In this document: positions 20,967 to 33,291 of the stretch, piece after piece
How the letters are laid out: each line of letters begins with the position of its first letter
Position numbering within the stretch: the first letter of the stretch is position 1
DNA from: an uncultured Actinomycetes bacterium
Lineage (GTDB): Bacteria; Actinomycetota; Acidimicrobiia; Acidimicrobiales; AC-9
Reading direction: 5' to 3'
Length of the DNA: 64,000 bases
Assembly: GCA_963731255.1 (NCBI GenBank)
Contig: CAVSUO010000006.1
Span: 188,222-252,221, forward strand
Position numbers and translations under genes: made by a program
Notes under the pieces: generated by a model
Told to the model about the DNA's origin: nothing
Database searches by the model: none
What the model saw: only the letters and a program-made list of their open reading frames with translations

Positions 20967-21392
20967 CTACTGGGCGAACCACGTCTGCATGGTCTGGGCG
21001 AAGAACATGTCGCCGGTGAGCTTGAGCTTGCCCGACATGAACGCCTGCATGCCGTCGAGCTTGCCCGACACGAAGCGCACGAAGTCGGCCAGCGCCAGCC
21101 CCAGCGTCACCCGCGGGGAGTCGGCGGCGCCCTTGGCGACCGAGCACGCTCCGTCGTCGACCTTGAACTGGTAGCTGCGGGTCCCGTCCGGAGCGGCGAT
21201 GTCCCACTGGACGAGGGCGGACTGGCCGGCGGCCTTCTCGGGGAGGAAGGCCTCCTGCATGCCCTCGAAGATCTGGTCCAGCACGGCGTCCACCCCGGTC
21301 GCGGAGACGAACTCGTTGATCTCCTCGTCCGACCTTCCATCGACCAGCTCGGCCAGCTGCTCCCGGCCCAGCTGGTTGGCGTTCTCGGCCAC
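20967..21392 (-). CDS. SCP2 sterol-carrier-domain protein
   Basis: GKLDGMQAFMSGKLKLTGDM; SD GGAGG. Confidence 0.9.
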   Translation of the reverse strand: MAENANQLGREQLAELVDGRSDEEINEFVSATGVDAVLDQIFEGMQEAFLPEKAAGQSALVQWDIAAPDGTRSYQFKVDDGACSVAKGAADSPRVTLGLALADFVRFVSGKLDGMQAFMSGKLKLTGDMFFAQTMQTWFAQ

Positions 21393-21480
21393 GGACGTTC
21401 CTCCTGCTCGTCGGTGCGGGCGAATCCTAGGATCTCGACCGTAGGCACCACAACGGGCCCGCGAGGGCGAGGGGGCGACG

Positions 21481-22744
21481 GTGAGCGACAACGTGCTGGA
21501 GACGGCGGACCGCCTGTGGCGCGGCGAGACGGACATCGCCGAGCAGTTTCAGTTCTTCCCGGACACGAGCGTGGCCGAGGTCGCCGACGGCGTGTCGTTC
21601 GTGCGGTCCTTCGCCAACGTGAGCGCCTTCGTCACCGGCGACGGCCTGGTGCTGGTCGACACCGGCAGCCCCTTCTTCGCCGTCGCCATCCACGACCAGC
21701 TGCGGGCGTGGTCGCCCGAGAAGCTGCACACCGCCATCTACTCCCACGGCCACATCGACCACGTCTTCGGCGTGGGCCCGTTCGAGGAGGAGGCCCGGTC
21801 GGAGGGGTGGCCCCCGCCCACGGTGGTGAGCCACGAGGCCCTCCCCCGCCGCTTCGACCGCTACGTGCTCACGGCCGGCTACAACGCCATCGTCAACCAG
21901 CGCCAGTTCCAGGTGCCCGACCTGGCCTGGCCCACGAACTACCGCTACCCGGACGACACCTATCGCGACGAGATGAGCCTCGAGGTGGGTGGGGTGCTGT
22001 TCGAGCTCCACCACGACCGGGGTGAGACCGACGACCACACCTGGACCTGGGTACCCGAGCATCGGGTGCTGTGCTGCGGGGACTTCTTCATCTGGGCCTC
22101 GCCAAACGCCGGCAATCCGCAGAAGGTCCAGCGGTACCCGAGCGAGTGGGCCGCGGCGCTGCGCAAGATGGCGGCGCTGGACCCCGAGGTGCTCCTGCCC
22201 GGGCACGGCTTCCCGATCGTGGGCGCCGACCGGGTGACCCGTGCCCTCACGGACACGGCCGAGCTCCTCGAGAGCCTCCACGACCAGACCCTGAGCCTGA
22301 TGAACCAGGGGGCCCGTCTCGACGAGGTGATCCACAGCGTCCGGGCCCCGCCGCCATCTGCTCGAGCGGCCGTACCTGCACGCCGTCTACGACGAGCCCG
22401 AGTTCGTGGTCCGCAACATCTGGCGCCTCTACGGCGGCTGGTACGACGGCAACCCGGCCAACCTCAAGCCGGCCCCCGAGGCTGACCTGGCCGGTGAGCT
22501 GGCCGCCCTGGCCGGCGGGGCCGACCGGCTGGCGGCCCGCGCCCGCCAGCTCGCCGATGCGGGTGACCTGCGACTGGCCGGCCATCTGGCCGAGCTGGCT
22601 GCGCTGGCCGCCCCCGAGGACCCCGAGGTGCAGCGGGCTCGCGCCGAGGTCTTCGAGGGCCGCGTGGCCGAGGAGGCGTCGATCATGTCGAGGGGCATCT
22701 TCGCCTGGGCGGCGGGCGAGTCGCGCCGGCAGACGAACGGGTGA
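21481..22744 (+). CDS. alkyl/aryl-sulfatase-like metallo-beta-lactamase-fold hydrolase (1 indel)
   Basis: HGHIDH, GETDDH, PNAGNPQKVQRY, LLPGHG, GWYDGNPANLKP. Confidence 0.9.
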
Positions 22745-22811
22745 TCGGGTCCCCATCGGCCTCCCCCGACGCGGCAGGGGATGGGCTGAAAGGGGCGAAT
22801 ATAGACACGTC

Positions 22812-24186
22812 ATGGCTCGTGGCCCGCTCGTTCGCCGCGCCGGCGTCGTCGCGTCGCTCTTCGGCCTGCTCCCCGTGCTGGCGTGGGCCGGCTCGGCCTC
22901 GGGCGCGCCCGCAGCGCCCAACGACCCGTTCTGGTCGCAGCAGTGGAACCTGACCCAGATCGGCCTGCCCGCCGGCGTGGGGCGCGAGCACGGGCCGAGG
23001 GGTGAAGATCGGCATCGTCGACACCGGGGTCGACGTCGGCCATCAGGATCTGGCCGGCAAGGTCGTCGCCGGCACCAGCTGCATCAACTCCGGCGGCAAC
23101 TCGTCCAACTGCACCGGGAGCCCCCAGGACGACAACGGCCACGGGACACACGTGGCGGGCATCGCAGCGGCGGCGACCAACAACGGGCTCGGTGTGGCAG
23201 GCACCGCTCCGGACGCACAGCTCGTCGTGGCCAAGGTCCTCGACTCGAGGGGATCGGGCAATTTCTCGGACGTGAACGCCGGCATCATGTGGGTGGTCGA
23301 CCACGGCGCCCAGGTGGTCAACCTGAGCCTGGGTGACTCCACGCCGATCGTGCCCGGCGTGCTGGGGCAGAACTCGCTGGAGACGGGCATCGAGTACGCG
23401 TGGAGCCACGGCGTGGTGCCCGTGCTGGCCTCGGGGAACACCAACTACTTCGGGCTCGGCAGCCAGAACTACGGCAACACGGACGCCATGGTCGTCGGAG
23501 CCACGGGCGCCAACGGGCAGACGACCAGCTACTCGAGCCCGCCCGGCAACGCCAAGTGGTCGCTGGTGGCGCCGGGCGGCGACGGGTACGACGCGACCGG
23601 CCAGCCCACCTGCGACGGTGCCGCCCAGGCGCACTGCATCATCTCCACGTACTGGTCAGCCGGGCCATGCCAACTCCTACGGCTACGACGAGGGCACGTC
23701 GATGGCCACGCCCCACGTGGCGGGCACGGTGGCCCTCCTCCTCGCCATGGGGCGCACGCCGAGCCAGGCGGTGTCCGACACGCTCTCCTCGGCCAACAGG
23801 GGCACGCCCTGCGGGTCCGGCTGTGCCGGGCGCCTCGACGCCTCCAGCGCCGTCGGTGCCGGTCCGGCCGCCGGCGCCCCGTCGGGCCCAGCGCGGTCCG
23901 GCGGCGCCACCAGCCGCCCGGCCAGCTCGGGTGCGCCACCACCGGTCAGACGGGCCAGCGATCCACGGGGACCCAGGCACAGGGGCCGGCGTCGCCCGCC
24001 TCGTCGCCCGTGGCGAGCCCCTCAGGTAGCACCGGCGCCAACGCCACCGGGAGCCTCGGCCTCCCCACGTCGGGCCAGGGTCGGGCGAGCCGGATGACAG
24101 ACGCCGCAGGCGTGCTCGCCGTCCTCGCCTTCCTCGTGGCCGGGTTCACCGCCGCCTTCCGGGTCCGCAGACAGCTGCGGAGCTGA
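22812..24186 (+). CDS. secreted S8 subtilisin-like protease with C-terminal TM (indels)
   Basis: IVDTG, HGTHVAG, GTSMATPHVAG triad; signal peptide. Confidence 0.9.
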
Positions 24187-24304
24187 GGCGTCCGAGGCGT
24201 CGGACGCGTCCCGTATCAGCCTGGCGACATGGACAGCGACCAGCCGCGGAGTGCGGGCCCTCCGGCTTTCGATTTCGCCGGCGCGCCCCGCTAGATTGCC
24301 CCGC

Positions 24305-25075
24305 GTGAACCGCGAGCTCCGCCGGGCGGGTGGCCACGGCTCCCATTCTCGACGAGGCCTCTGGGTGGCCATCGGGCTCGTCCTGGTGGCCCTCTCGGGC
24401 TCGGCCTGCACCATCCCGGCCTTCGGTGGCTACAAGGGCGCGACGGACCAGGGTCACGCCGCCTTCCACATGTGGGAATGGTCGCTCCTCACGGCCATGG
24501 CGGTCGGCGCCATCGTCTGGATACTCATCTTCTGGTCGGTCATCCGGTATCGCAAGCGGGGGGACGACCTTCCCAAGCAGGTCCGCTACAGCACCCCCAT
24601 CGAGATCGTCTACACCCTGGTCCCCATCCTCATCGTGATCGGGCTGTTCTATTTCACCGTGATCGTGGAGGACCGGATCGACGCCGTGAGCCCGACGCCG
24701 GCGGTGACGGTGAAGGTCACGGGGTTCCAATGGGGCTGGCGGTTCGACTACCAGGGGTCGGGCGTCTCCCTCCTCCCCTCGCCCAGCCACCCCGCCACGC
24801 TGGTGCTGCCCATCGGCGTGACCACCCGCGTCAACCTGGTGTCCAACGACGTGGTCCACGGCTTCTACATTCCGGCGTTCAACTTCAGCCGGTACGCTCA
24901 GCCCGGAGTGACGAACACGTTCGACTTCAACCCGACCGAGAGCGGGACGTTCGTCGGCCGGTGCGCGCAGTACTGTGGGCTCTACCATTCGCAGATGCTG
25001 TTCAGTGTCAAGACGGTGAGCCGGGGTGAGTTCAGGACCTGGCTGGCCAGCCAGAGCTCGGGAGCGGCAGCGTGA
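24305..25075 (+). CDS. ctaC: cytochrome c oxidase subunit II
   Basis: [17 protein letters not shown], CuA motif [12 protein letters not shown]. Confidence 0.95.
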   Translation: MNRELRRAGGHGSHSRRGLWVAIGLVLVALSGSACTIPAFGGYKGATDQGHAAFHMWEWSLLTAMAVGAIVWILIFWSVIRYRKRGDDLPKQVRYSTPIEIVYTLVPILIVIGLFYFTVIVEDRIDAVSPTPAVTVKVTGFQWGWRFDYQGSGVSLLPSPSHPATLVLPIGVTTRVNLVSNDVVHGFYIPAFNFSRYAQPGVTNTFDFNPTESGTFVGRCAQYCGLYHSQMLFSVKTVSRGEFRTWLASQSSGAAA

Positions 25076-26754
25076 CCATCATCGGCGAACGCCCGGCGAC
25101 CATCGTCCACGAGCCCGAGCACGAGGCCGAGCCCTCGGGGATCTACAAGTGGCTCACGAGCACCGACCACAAGGTGATCGGCAAGAGCTACCTCATCACC
25201 TCGTTCCTCTTCTTCCTCCTCGCCGGCGTCCTGGCCATGGTCATGCGCACCCAGCTGACCGAGCCCAACAGCACCATCGTGAGCCAGCACGCCTACAACG
25301 AGCTGTTCACGATGCACGGCAGCCTGATGATGTACCTGTTCGCCGGGCCCTTCGCCTTCGGCGGCTTCGCCAACGTCATCGTCCCGCTCCAGGTCGGCGC
25401 CCCGGACATGGCATTCCCCCGCCTCAACGCCCTGTCGTACTGGCTGTACCTGAGCGGCGGGCTCATGATGATCTCGGGCTTCTTCACCGCCAGCGGGGCC
25501 GCTGACTTCGGCTGGGTGGCCTACGCGCCGCTGTCCAACGTGACCAACACGCCGGGGGCGGGCCCCGACCTGTGGATCATGGCCCTGATCCTGACCGGGT
25601 TCTCGGCCATCTTCACCGGCGTCAACATCATCACGACCACGTTCTATCTGCGGGCACCGGGCATGACGATGTTCCGCGTCCCGATCTTCACCTGGAACAT
25701 GGTCGTCACCGGGATCCTCATCCTGATCGCCTTCCCGGTGCTCACCAGCGCCCTGGTGCTGCTCATGGCCGACCGCCACCTGGGCACCCACGTCTTCACG
25801 ACGCAAGGCGGTGGTGTGCCCGTGCTCTGGCAGCACCTGTTCTGGTACTTCGGGCACCCGGAGGTGTACATCCTCGCCTTGCCCTACTTCGGGATCGTGA
25901 CGGAGATCCTCCCCGTGTTCTCGCGAAAACCGGTCTTCAGCTACAAGGGCCTGGTCTTCGCCACCATGGCCATCGCCGGGCTCTCCACGGGCGTGTGGGC
26001 CCACCACATGTTCACCACCGGGGTGGTCCTCCTACCATTCTTCAGCGGGCTGTCGTACCTGATAGCCGTGCCCACCGGGATCAAGTTCTTCGCCTGGATC
26101 GGGACGATGTGGCGCGGCCAGCTCACGTTCGAGACGCCGATGCTCTTCGCCATCGGGTTCCTGGTGACGTTCCTGCTCGGTGGCCTCTCCGGCGTTCTGC
26201 TGGCGTCGCCGCCGGTCGACTTCTTCGTCCACGACACCTACTTCGTGGTGGCCCACTTCCACAACGTCCTGTTCGGGACGGCGGTCTTCGCCGGCTTCGC
26301 CGGGATCTACTACTGGTATCCCAAGATCACCGGCCGCAAGCTGCACGAGGGCTGGGGCAAGTGGCACTTCTGGCTGACGTTCATCGGGTTCAACGTCACC
26401 TTCATGCCCCAGTACCTCCTGGGGCTCAAGGGCATGCCCCGCCGTATCGCCGTGTACTCGCCCACCGACGGCTTCACCCTGCTCAGCCGGATCTCGACGG
26501 CGGGCGCCTACATCCTGTTCCTGTCGGTGGTGTGCCTCCTGATCAACTTCTACATCTCGTGGCGGCGGCCGGAGCGCGTGGGTGCCAACCCCTGGGACGG
26601 GCACACCCTCGAGTGGGCAGCCGACTCTCCGCCCGCCCACCACAACTTCGAGCGGCTCCCGCTCATCCGGTCCGAACGTCCGGTGTGGGACATGAACCAC
26701 GGAGAGCCTGACGCCCCAGGCCTCGAGGGACCCACCGGGGTCACCGTTCGATGA
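25072..26754 (+). CDS. ctaD: cytochrome c oxidase subunit I (A1 type)
   Basis: [51 protein letters not shown]. Confidence 0.97.
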   Translation: MTIIGERPATIVHEPEHEAEPSGIYKWLTSTDHKVIGKSYLITSFLFFLLAGVLAMVMRTQLTEPNSTIVSQHAYNELFTMHGSLMMYLFAGPFAFGGFANVIVPLQVGAPDMAFPRLNALSYWLYLSGGLMMISGFFTASGAADFGWVAYAPLSNVTNTPGAGPDLWIMALILTGFSAIFTGVNIITTTFYLRAPGMTMFRVPIFTWNMVVTGILILIAFPVLTSALVLLMADRHLGTHVFTTQGGGVPVLWQHLFWYFGHPEVYILALPYFGIVTEILPVFSRKPVFSYKGLVFATMAIAGLSTGVWAHHMFTTGVVLLPFFSGLSYLIAVPTGIKFFAWIGTMWRGQLTFETPMLFAIGFLVTFLLGGLSGVLLASPPVDFFVHDTYFVVAHFHNVLFGTAVFAGFAGIYYWYPKITGRKLHEGWGKWHFWLTFIGFNVTFMPQYLLGLKGMPRRIAVYSPTDGFTLLSRISTAGAYILFLSVVCLLINFYISWRRPERVGANPWDGHTLEWAADSPPAHHNFERLPLIRSERPVWDMNHGEPDAPGLEGPTGVTVR

Positions 26755-27209
26755 CCAGCGTCCCCCCCGAGGGCACGATCCCCGAGGACAAGGCGTTCAC
26801 CCGCCACCGGAGGGCGTGGATCGTCGAGGCCCGCTTCCTCGTGGGCGTGGCCGTCTTCTTCGCCGCGGTCTGCGCCATGTACTGGTTCGGCTCCTACGAG
26901 AAGGCCGGCTCGGTACTGCTCATCTTCACCGCCTTTCTGGGGCTCCTCCCTGGCGGCTACCTGCTCTGGTGGTCCCGGCGTATGCGCCCCCGGGCCGAGG
27001 ACCGTGACGACGCCGTCCTCGACGAGGGCTCGGGCGACGTCGGCGCCTTCCCCGACTCGAGCATCTGGCCCTTCGTCTTCGGCATCGGCGCCGGCATCTC
27101 GGCGTCGGCCTTCGTGTTCGGCGCCTGGCTCGGAGTCCTGGGCGGGAGCATGATCATCTCGGCCATCGTCGGCGTCGTCGTCGAGAGCCGCCGCGGCGGC
27201 GCCGTGTAG
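26751..27209 (+). CDS. ctaF: actinobacterial cytochrome c oxidase subunit IV
   Basis: [32 protein letters not shown]. Confidence 0.88.
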   Translation: MTSVPPEGTIPEDKAFTRHRRAWIVEARFLVGVAVFFAAVCAMYWFGSYEKAGSVLLIFTAFLGLLPGGYLLWWSRRMRPRAEDRDDAVLDEGSGDVGAFPDSSIWPFVFGIGAGISASAFVFGAWLGVLGGSMIISAIVGVVVESRRGGAV

Positions 27210-27415
27210 TGCCGCCTCAGGCAGCGTTGGCGCGTTCCACGAGCTGGGGAAGTGCCTGGTCGTCGGCGGGGCGGTTCCGCCACGCGACGTAGCGGCGGAT
27301 CATCGGGGCGCACCCGAGGCGTGAGGGGTGGCCGGTGCCACCACCACCTCCTCGAGCAACCCCGCTGCTCGAGCTGACCCGTCCTCAGAGTCTTCGTGCC
27401 GAATTCCGGCGGCCA

Positions 27416-27442
27416 TGTCGAGAATTCGGGCCCTGCTCCGTC
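27416..27442 (+). promoter_or_regulatory. ECF42-type promoter
   Basis: TGTCGA (27416-21), 17-nt spacer, CGTC (27439-42), upstream of the DGPF gene; matches the ECF42 consensus as I recall it. Confidence 0.6.
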
Positions 27443-27491
27443 CCAGGGGTGCATCCGGCCGGCAGGGCCGACGTCAGACAAGGAGAACACC

Positions 27492-27899
27492 ATGGCCAAG
27501 TACCTGTTGCTCAAGCACTACCGGGGCGCGCCGGCGCCCGCCAACAATGTCCCGATGGACCAGTGGAGGCCCGACGAGGTCGACGCACACATCCGGTTCA
27601 TGAGGGACTTCGCAGCTCGGCTCGAGAGCAGCGGCGAGTTCATCGAGGGACAGGCGCTGTCGCCCGACGGCGTGTGGGTCCGCTACGACGGCGAGGGGCG
27701 GCCGCCTGTGACCGATGGCCCGTTCGCGGAGACGAAGGACCTGATCGCCGGGTGGATGGTGATCGACGTCGACAGCTACGAGCGAGCGATCGAGCTCGCC
27801 GGTGAGCTGTCGGCAGCCCCTGGGGCCGGCGGCGAACCGATCCACGAATGGCTGGAGGTCCGACCCTTCCTGGCCGAGCCGCCCACCGTCACCCAGTGA
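27492..27899 (+). CDS. YciI/DGPF-family protein
   Basis: VTDGPFAETKDLIAGW; SD AAGGAG. Confidence 0.92.
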   Translation: MAKYLLLKHYRGAPAPANNVPMDQWRPDEVDAHIRFMRDFAARLESSGEFIEGQALSPDGVWVRYDGEGRPPVTDGPFAETKDLIAGWMVIDVDSYERAIELAGELSAAPGAGGEPIHEWLEVRPFLAEPPTVTQ

Positions 27900-29055
27900 C
27901 CGTGGACGACGTCGAGCTACGTGAGCTCGTCCCACGGGTCTTGAGCGTCCTCGTCCGTCGCGGTGCGGACTTCGCGACGGCCGAGGACGCCGTACAGGAG
28001 GCGCTCGTCCGGGCACTCTCCGCCTGGGAGAGGGCGTTACCCGCCGACCCCACGGGGTGGCTCATCACGGTCGCCTGGAGGGCCTTCGTCGACATGACGC
28101 GGTCAGAGGCGGCGCGCCGCGACCGAGAGGTCCGGTTCGACGCCGAACCGCCGGCCGGCGCGGTCCCGAGCGCCGACGACACGCTGCACCTCTACTTCCT
28201 GTGCGCGCACCCCGATCTGACGTCGTCGTCGGCGGTCGCGTTGACCCTCCGGGCCGTGGGCGGCCTCACCACACGCCAGATCGCCCGGGCGTACCTCGTG
28301 CCCGAGCCCACCATGGCGCAGCGGATCAGCCGGGCCAAGGGCATCGTCAGTCGGGCCGGTGTCGACCGTCCCGGCGACGTGCGCACGGTGATGCGGGTGC
28401 TGTACCTCGTCTTCAACGAGGGCTATTCGGGCGACGTCGATCTCGCGGCCGAGGCGATCCGACTGACCCGGCAGCTGGCCGCCCTGGCGGACGACCCCGA
28501 GGTCCACGGGTTGCTCGCCCTGATGCTCCTCCACCATGCCCGCCGCCGCAGCCGCACCCGACCGGACGGAAGCATCGTGCCCCTCGCCGATCAGGACCGC
28601 AGCCAGTGGGACACAGCGGCTCATCGCCGAGGGAATCGACATCGCGCAAGCTGCGCTGGCGCGCGATCAGCTCGGCCAGTACCAGGCGCAAGCGGCGATC
28701 GCCGCGCTCCATGCCGACGCCCCGCGTGTCGAGGAGACCGACTGGGTCCAGATCGTTGAGTGGTACGACGAGCTACTCAGGTTCGCCGACACTCCGATCG
28801 TCCGGCTCAACCGTGCGGTCGCCGTCGGCGAGGCCGACGGCTCGCCCGCAGGGCTGGCGGCACTGGCCGAGGTCGACGAGCAAGGTCCCGCGGCGCGACG
28901 CCGTCGCCGCCTACCTCCACGAGAAGAACGGCGATCTCGAGCTCGCTGCCCGCCTGTATGCCAGCGCAGCTCGGAACGCACCCAACCTCGCAGAACGCGA
29001 CCATCAGACGCGCCAGGCAGCGAGACTCAACCAGCACCTGCAACACCACCGATGA
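27896..29055 (+). CDS. ECF42-type sigma factor with TPR/DUF6596 extension (2 indels)
   Basis: AEDAVQEAL, FLCAHP, ALTLRAVGGLTT.QIA, YLVFNEGY, QAAIAALH, TDWVQIVEWY. Confidence 0.9.
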
Positions 29056-29106
29056 TCACGCTCGGCAACGGCTCGCCGGCGCCGGTGGGGCGGGCGCCCG
29101 CAGCGG

Positions 29107-30754
29107 TCAGCCGCTGCCGGCGGGGCGGTGCCAGGGACGCAGGAGACTGCCGAACCGGCGAGGGGGCGGGACGGCGGTGGCGTCCGAGCGCTCGGCTCCG
29201 ACGCCGACCTCCTCCTCGCCGTCGCCGCCGGCCGGTGCAGGCACGGCGACGCCCCGGCGGACCGGCTCCTCGGGCAGCGGCTCCGGCGCCGGCTCCCCTT
29301 CCTTGTCGCCCGGGTGGATGTCGGCCTTGACCGTGGCGTAGCCGCCCTCGGGCGAGCGCACGACCACGTTCGAGCGCTTGCGCAGCCCCGCCCCCGGGGC
29401 GCGGCGACAGCTCCTTGCAGATCTGGTAGGTCGCCAGGCCCACGACGATCGGAATGGTCGGGGTCCCGATCCGGAACGTCCACAGCACGCCGTTGAGCGA
29501 CACCCTGAGCGTGTTGGCCAGGACGTCGGTCGAGCTGGCGAGGAAGAGCATGACGTAGAAGGACAGCACGCCCACCCCGAGCGCGGTGCGAACGGGTCGG
29601 TCGCGGGGCCGGTCGAGCTCGTGGTGCTCGTACGCCTTGTCGTCCTTCCTGAACCGGGCCTCGATGAAGGGCCAGGCATAGAGAATGCCGAACGTGATCC
29701 CCGGCATCAGGACGGCTGGGTAGAAGGGCGCCGAGATCAGGTACCGGCTGGCGAACTGGGTCTCCCACGCCGGCATGATCCGTAAGGCGCCGTCGAGCCA
29801 GCCCATGTACCAGTCGGGCTGCACCGCGTAGCTGACCTTGAAGGGCTCGTACGAGCCGTACAGCCAGATGGGGTTGATCTGGAACAGCCCCCCGAGCAGC
29901 GCTGTGCCTCCGAAGATGATGAAGAAGTAACCGGTGGTCTTGGCCGTGTACGTGGGCCAGAAGGAGGATCCCACCACCCTGCGGTTGGATTTGTCCTTCC
30001 CCGGGAAGTCGGTGTGCTTCTGGTGCCACATGATCCCCAGGTGGGCACCGAGGAGAATCGCGATGACGGCGGGGAGGATGAGGATGTGCAGGGAGTAGAA
30101 CCGGGGGATGATGTCGCCGTTGCCGGGGAAGTTGCCGCCCCACAGGAGGAACGCCCCCCAGGTCCCGATGATGGGGATGGACAGGAAGATCGAGAAGGCG
30201 ATGCGCAGGCCGGCACCAGAGATCTGGTCGTCCGGCAACGAGTACCCGATGAACCCGTTGATGATGACGAGGATCAGCATCGTGAGCCCGATCATGTAGT
30301 TGAGCTCGCGGGGCCGGCGGAAGGCTCCCGTGAAGAAGATGCGGCACAGGTGCACGACGATGGCAGCGGCGAAGATGTCGGCCGCCCAGTGGTGCATCTG
30401 CCGGATGACCAGGCCCGCCCGCACGTTCAGGCTGATGTTCACCGTCGACTGGTAGGCCTCCGAGACGCGTTGTCCCCGCAGCGGCACGTAGCTGCCGTGG
30501 TAGATCACCTCCCGCGTCGACGGCACGAAGAACAGAGTGAGGAAGATCCCGGTCACGATCAGGATCACGAACGAGTACATCGCGATCTCACCGAGCAGGA
30601 ACGACCAGTGGTCCGGGAAGATCTTGTTCAGCGTGGTCTTGCCGAACCGGGCCACCCCGAGGCGGTCGTCGAACCACCTCGCCAGCTCGATGCCGCGGTC
30701 CTCGATCGAGGGGCGCGGCTCCCCGCGGGACCTCAACGTCGGTCGCTTGATCAC
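29107..30754 (-). CDS. qcrB: cytochrome bc1 cytochrome b subunit (indel near C-terminus)
   Basis: FPDHWSFLLGEIA, RQMHHWAA, FFTGAFRRPRELN, QPDWY. Confidence 0.95.
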
Positions 30755-31768
30755 TGGTTCACACCCGTTGGCGGATTCGGCTTCGGAGGATTCAAGGTCG
30801 TCGACGTGTTGCGCTCCCAGAAGCCGGGCCCGACCGGCTCCTGGTAGTCCGACTGGGCCCTCAGGAACCCGTCGCCGTTGTCCATGATAGGGAGCTGGGG
30901 AATGAGGCGGGGCGCTGGACCGAAGATGGGGCGGGCACCGTTGAGGATGGTGAACACGGACTGATGGCAGGGGCAGAGCAGCTGCTGGACCTGCTGCTGG
31001 TACAGGCTCACCGGGCACCCGGCGTGGGTGCAGAGCTTGGAGTAGGCGAGGTAGCCGTGCGGTGACCAGGTCTCCCGGCCCGGCAGGGTCGTGATCGGCA
31101 CCGACGAGGCCCGGATGAGCAGGGTCTGGGAGACCGCATCGCCCTCGTGGCCCTCGGGGAACACCGTCAGCACCCCGCCCACGTCGACGTCGTCGGCCAT
31201 CACGGGGCGACCGTTGATCTGCACCAACCGGGAGCCGCGGCGGAACTGGGTGTAGTCGAGAGAGTTCCCCGGACGGGGTCCGTAGAGCGAGCGGATGACG
31301 GGAAAGATCGCCACGATCGAGAAGACCCCGATGGCCGCGCCCAGAAGCTTGCCGAGGAAACCCCGTCGCTCGACAGCGACCTGGCCGCGCGAGAAGGCGG
31401 CGCCGAACGCCTGCTTGTCCGCCTCGGTCGTCGGCAGCTCGTGGCGATCCTCGCGGAACGGGCCCTGGGGCATGAGGTACTTCCCCCACGCGGCGGTGCC
31501 GACCCCGATCCCCGCCAGCGCTATGCCCGAGGAGCGCCCCCTCCGCCTGCGTCTGGCCGCCGAGCGAGTAGGTGATGGCCAGGCCGATGGTCGCCAGCAC
31601 GCTGACGGTGAAGCACAGAGCGACGAAGTTCTCGGCCCGGCGCGGACGCTGGACCGGGATCTCGAGGCGGAGGTCCTCCACCGCCGTGGCCGTCGTGCTC
31701 GTCGCCGTCGCACCGCCGGAACCGGCGCCAGGGCCGGTGCCGCCAGGGTTCTCGCCGCCCGTGCTCAC
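30751..31768 (-). CDS. qcrA: cytochrome bc1 Rieske Fe-S subunit (1 indel)
   Basis: CTHAGC and CPCHQS; internal RRGFL Tat-like motif. Confidence 0.95.
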
Positions 31769-31801
31769 GTCGTCGCTCCCGCTCTGATCGTCGCCGCGTA
31801 C

Positions 31802-32674
31802 TCACGTGGTCGCTCCTGCTCTGATCCCGATCCAGTAGGCCGCCAGTATCATCACGCCGAGGCCCACCACGATGGCGAGGAAGCCCTCCGTCACGGGCCC
31901 CACGTGGCCCAGGCCCGCGCCGCCGGGGTTGGCCGGATGCTGGAGGTAGGTGACGTAGCGCACGATGTCGTTGACGTCCTTGTCGGTGAGGGTGCCGGGC
32001 CCGAACCGAGGCATGTTCCCCGGCCCCGTCCGGATGGCCTCGGCGATCTGCGTCGGCGTCGCCTGGTAGAGAGACGGGGCGAAGGCGCTGTTGGCAAGGG
32101 CGTCACCGGTCCCGGTGATCACGTGGCAACCGGCGCAGTTCAGCCCGAACATGTCGTTGCCGTTCGACTGGTCGGCAGCCTGCTGGTTGAGGGCGGGTAT
32201 GCCGGGTCCCCCGGCACCGAGCGACGTGACATAGGAGACGATGGAGAGCTGCTGGGTCCGGCTGAACAGCACGGGCTTGCGCACCGCCTGGGCGCCCGGA
32301 TAGGCGAGGGGCATCCGTCCTGTCGACACCCAGAAGTCGACGGTCGCGGCGCCCAGCCCGACGAGGTTCGGGCCCCGGTCGGTCCCCTGGGCGTTCAGCC
32401 CGTGGCAGCTCGAGCAGTTGTTGACGAACAACGGCTGGCCCACGCTCGAGAGGGCGGCGGGCACCGGCAGCGTCGACGAGGTGCTCGAGGGGTTGGCCGC
32501 GGGGGTCGTCGACGGGCTCGTGGCGCCGCCGGCAACGGTCGTGGGGACGCTCGGCGTGGGGACGCTCGTCGTGGGCTGGGCCCGCGCCGGCGTCTGGTGG
32601 CCGGCGAACGAGAGGAGGCCGAGGGCGACCACGAAGGCCACCAGCGCAGCGGGGAGCAGGAGTCGGTTGCGCAT
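31802..32674 (-). CDS. qcrC: cytochrome bc1 diheme cytochrome c subunit
   Basis: CSSCH and CAGCH, TGRMP, GPGNMP, GPVTEG; Pro/Thr linker after the signal. Confidence 0.93.
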   Translation of the reverse strand: MRNRLLLPAALVAFVVALGLLSFAGHQTPARAQPTTSVPTPSVPTTVAGGATSPSTTPAANPSSTSSTLPVPAALSSVGQPLFVNNCSSCHGLNAQGTDRGPNLVGLGAATVDFWVSTGRMPLAYPGAQAVRKPVLFSRTQQLSIVSYVTSLGAGGPGIPALNQQAADQSNGNDMFGLNCAGCHVITGTGDALANSAFAPSLYQATPTQIAEAIRTGPGNMPRFGPGTLTDKDVNDIVRYVTYLQHPANPGGAGLGHVGPVTEGFLAIVVGLGVMILAAYWIGIRAGATT

Positions 32675-32679
32675 CACGG

Positions 32680-33280
32680 TTAGTGCAGGAGGAACAGCGA
32701 GGCGTACAGACCTACCCAGACGATGTCGACGAAATGCCAGTAGTAGGCGACGGCCTGGAAGACCGGCATCTCGCCGGGGTCGCCGCGCGGACCGATCATG
32801 CGGCCCAGCAGGGCGATCATGGCCAGCAGCCCGAGCGTCACGTGCAGGGCATGCAGGCCCGTCATCATGAAGAACATCGACCCGTAGGCGTTCGTCTTGG
32901 GGGTGAAGTCGACGGTCAGCCACTCGTAGGCCTGGTTGGCGACGAACGCGGCACCCAGCAGGAAGCTCATGATCGTCCAGAAGCGGGCCGAGGCCCGGAG
33001 CAGCTTCTCCTCCTGCCAGACGCGCGTGCTGCATGGTGACGCTGGACATCACCAGGATGAAGGTGAAGATGCCCGCCCGGATCGGATCGACGTGGGTGGC
33101 CGTGGGCGGCCAGGGCGTCCCGTCGTGGGCGCGGATGGTGAAGTAGGAGGCGAACAGCCCACTGAAGAACATGAGCTCGGAGGCCAGCCAGATGATCGTC
33201 CCGACGCCGACCATGGACGGGCGCTTGGCGTGCGCCGGTCCGAAGGGCTGGGTCTGCTCGACCGGGATGGCCTGAGTCAC
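32680..33280 (-). CDS. ctaE: cytochrome c oxidase subunit III (1 indel)
   Basis: WLASELMFF, TGLHALHV, YYWHFVDIVW. Confidence 0.95.
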
Positions 33281-33291
33281 GGGCCCAGTTC

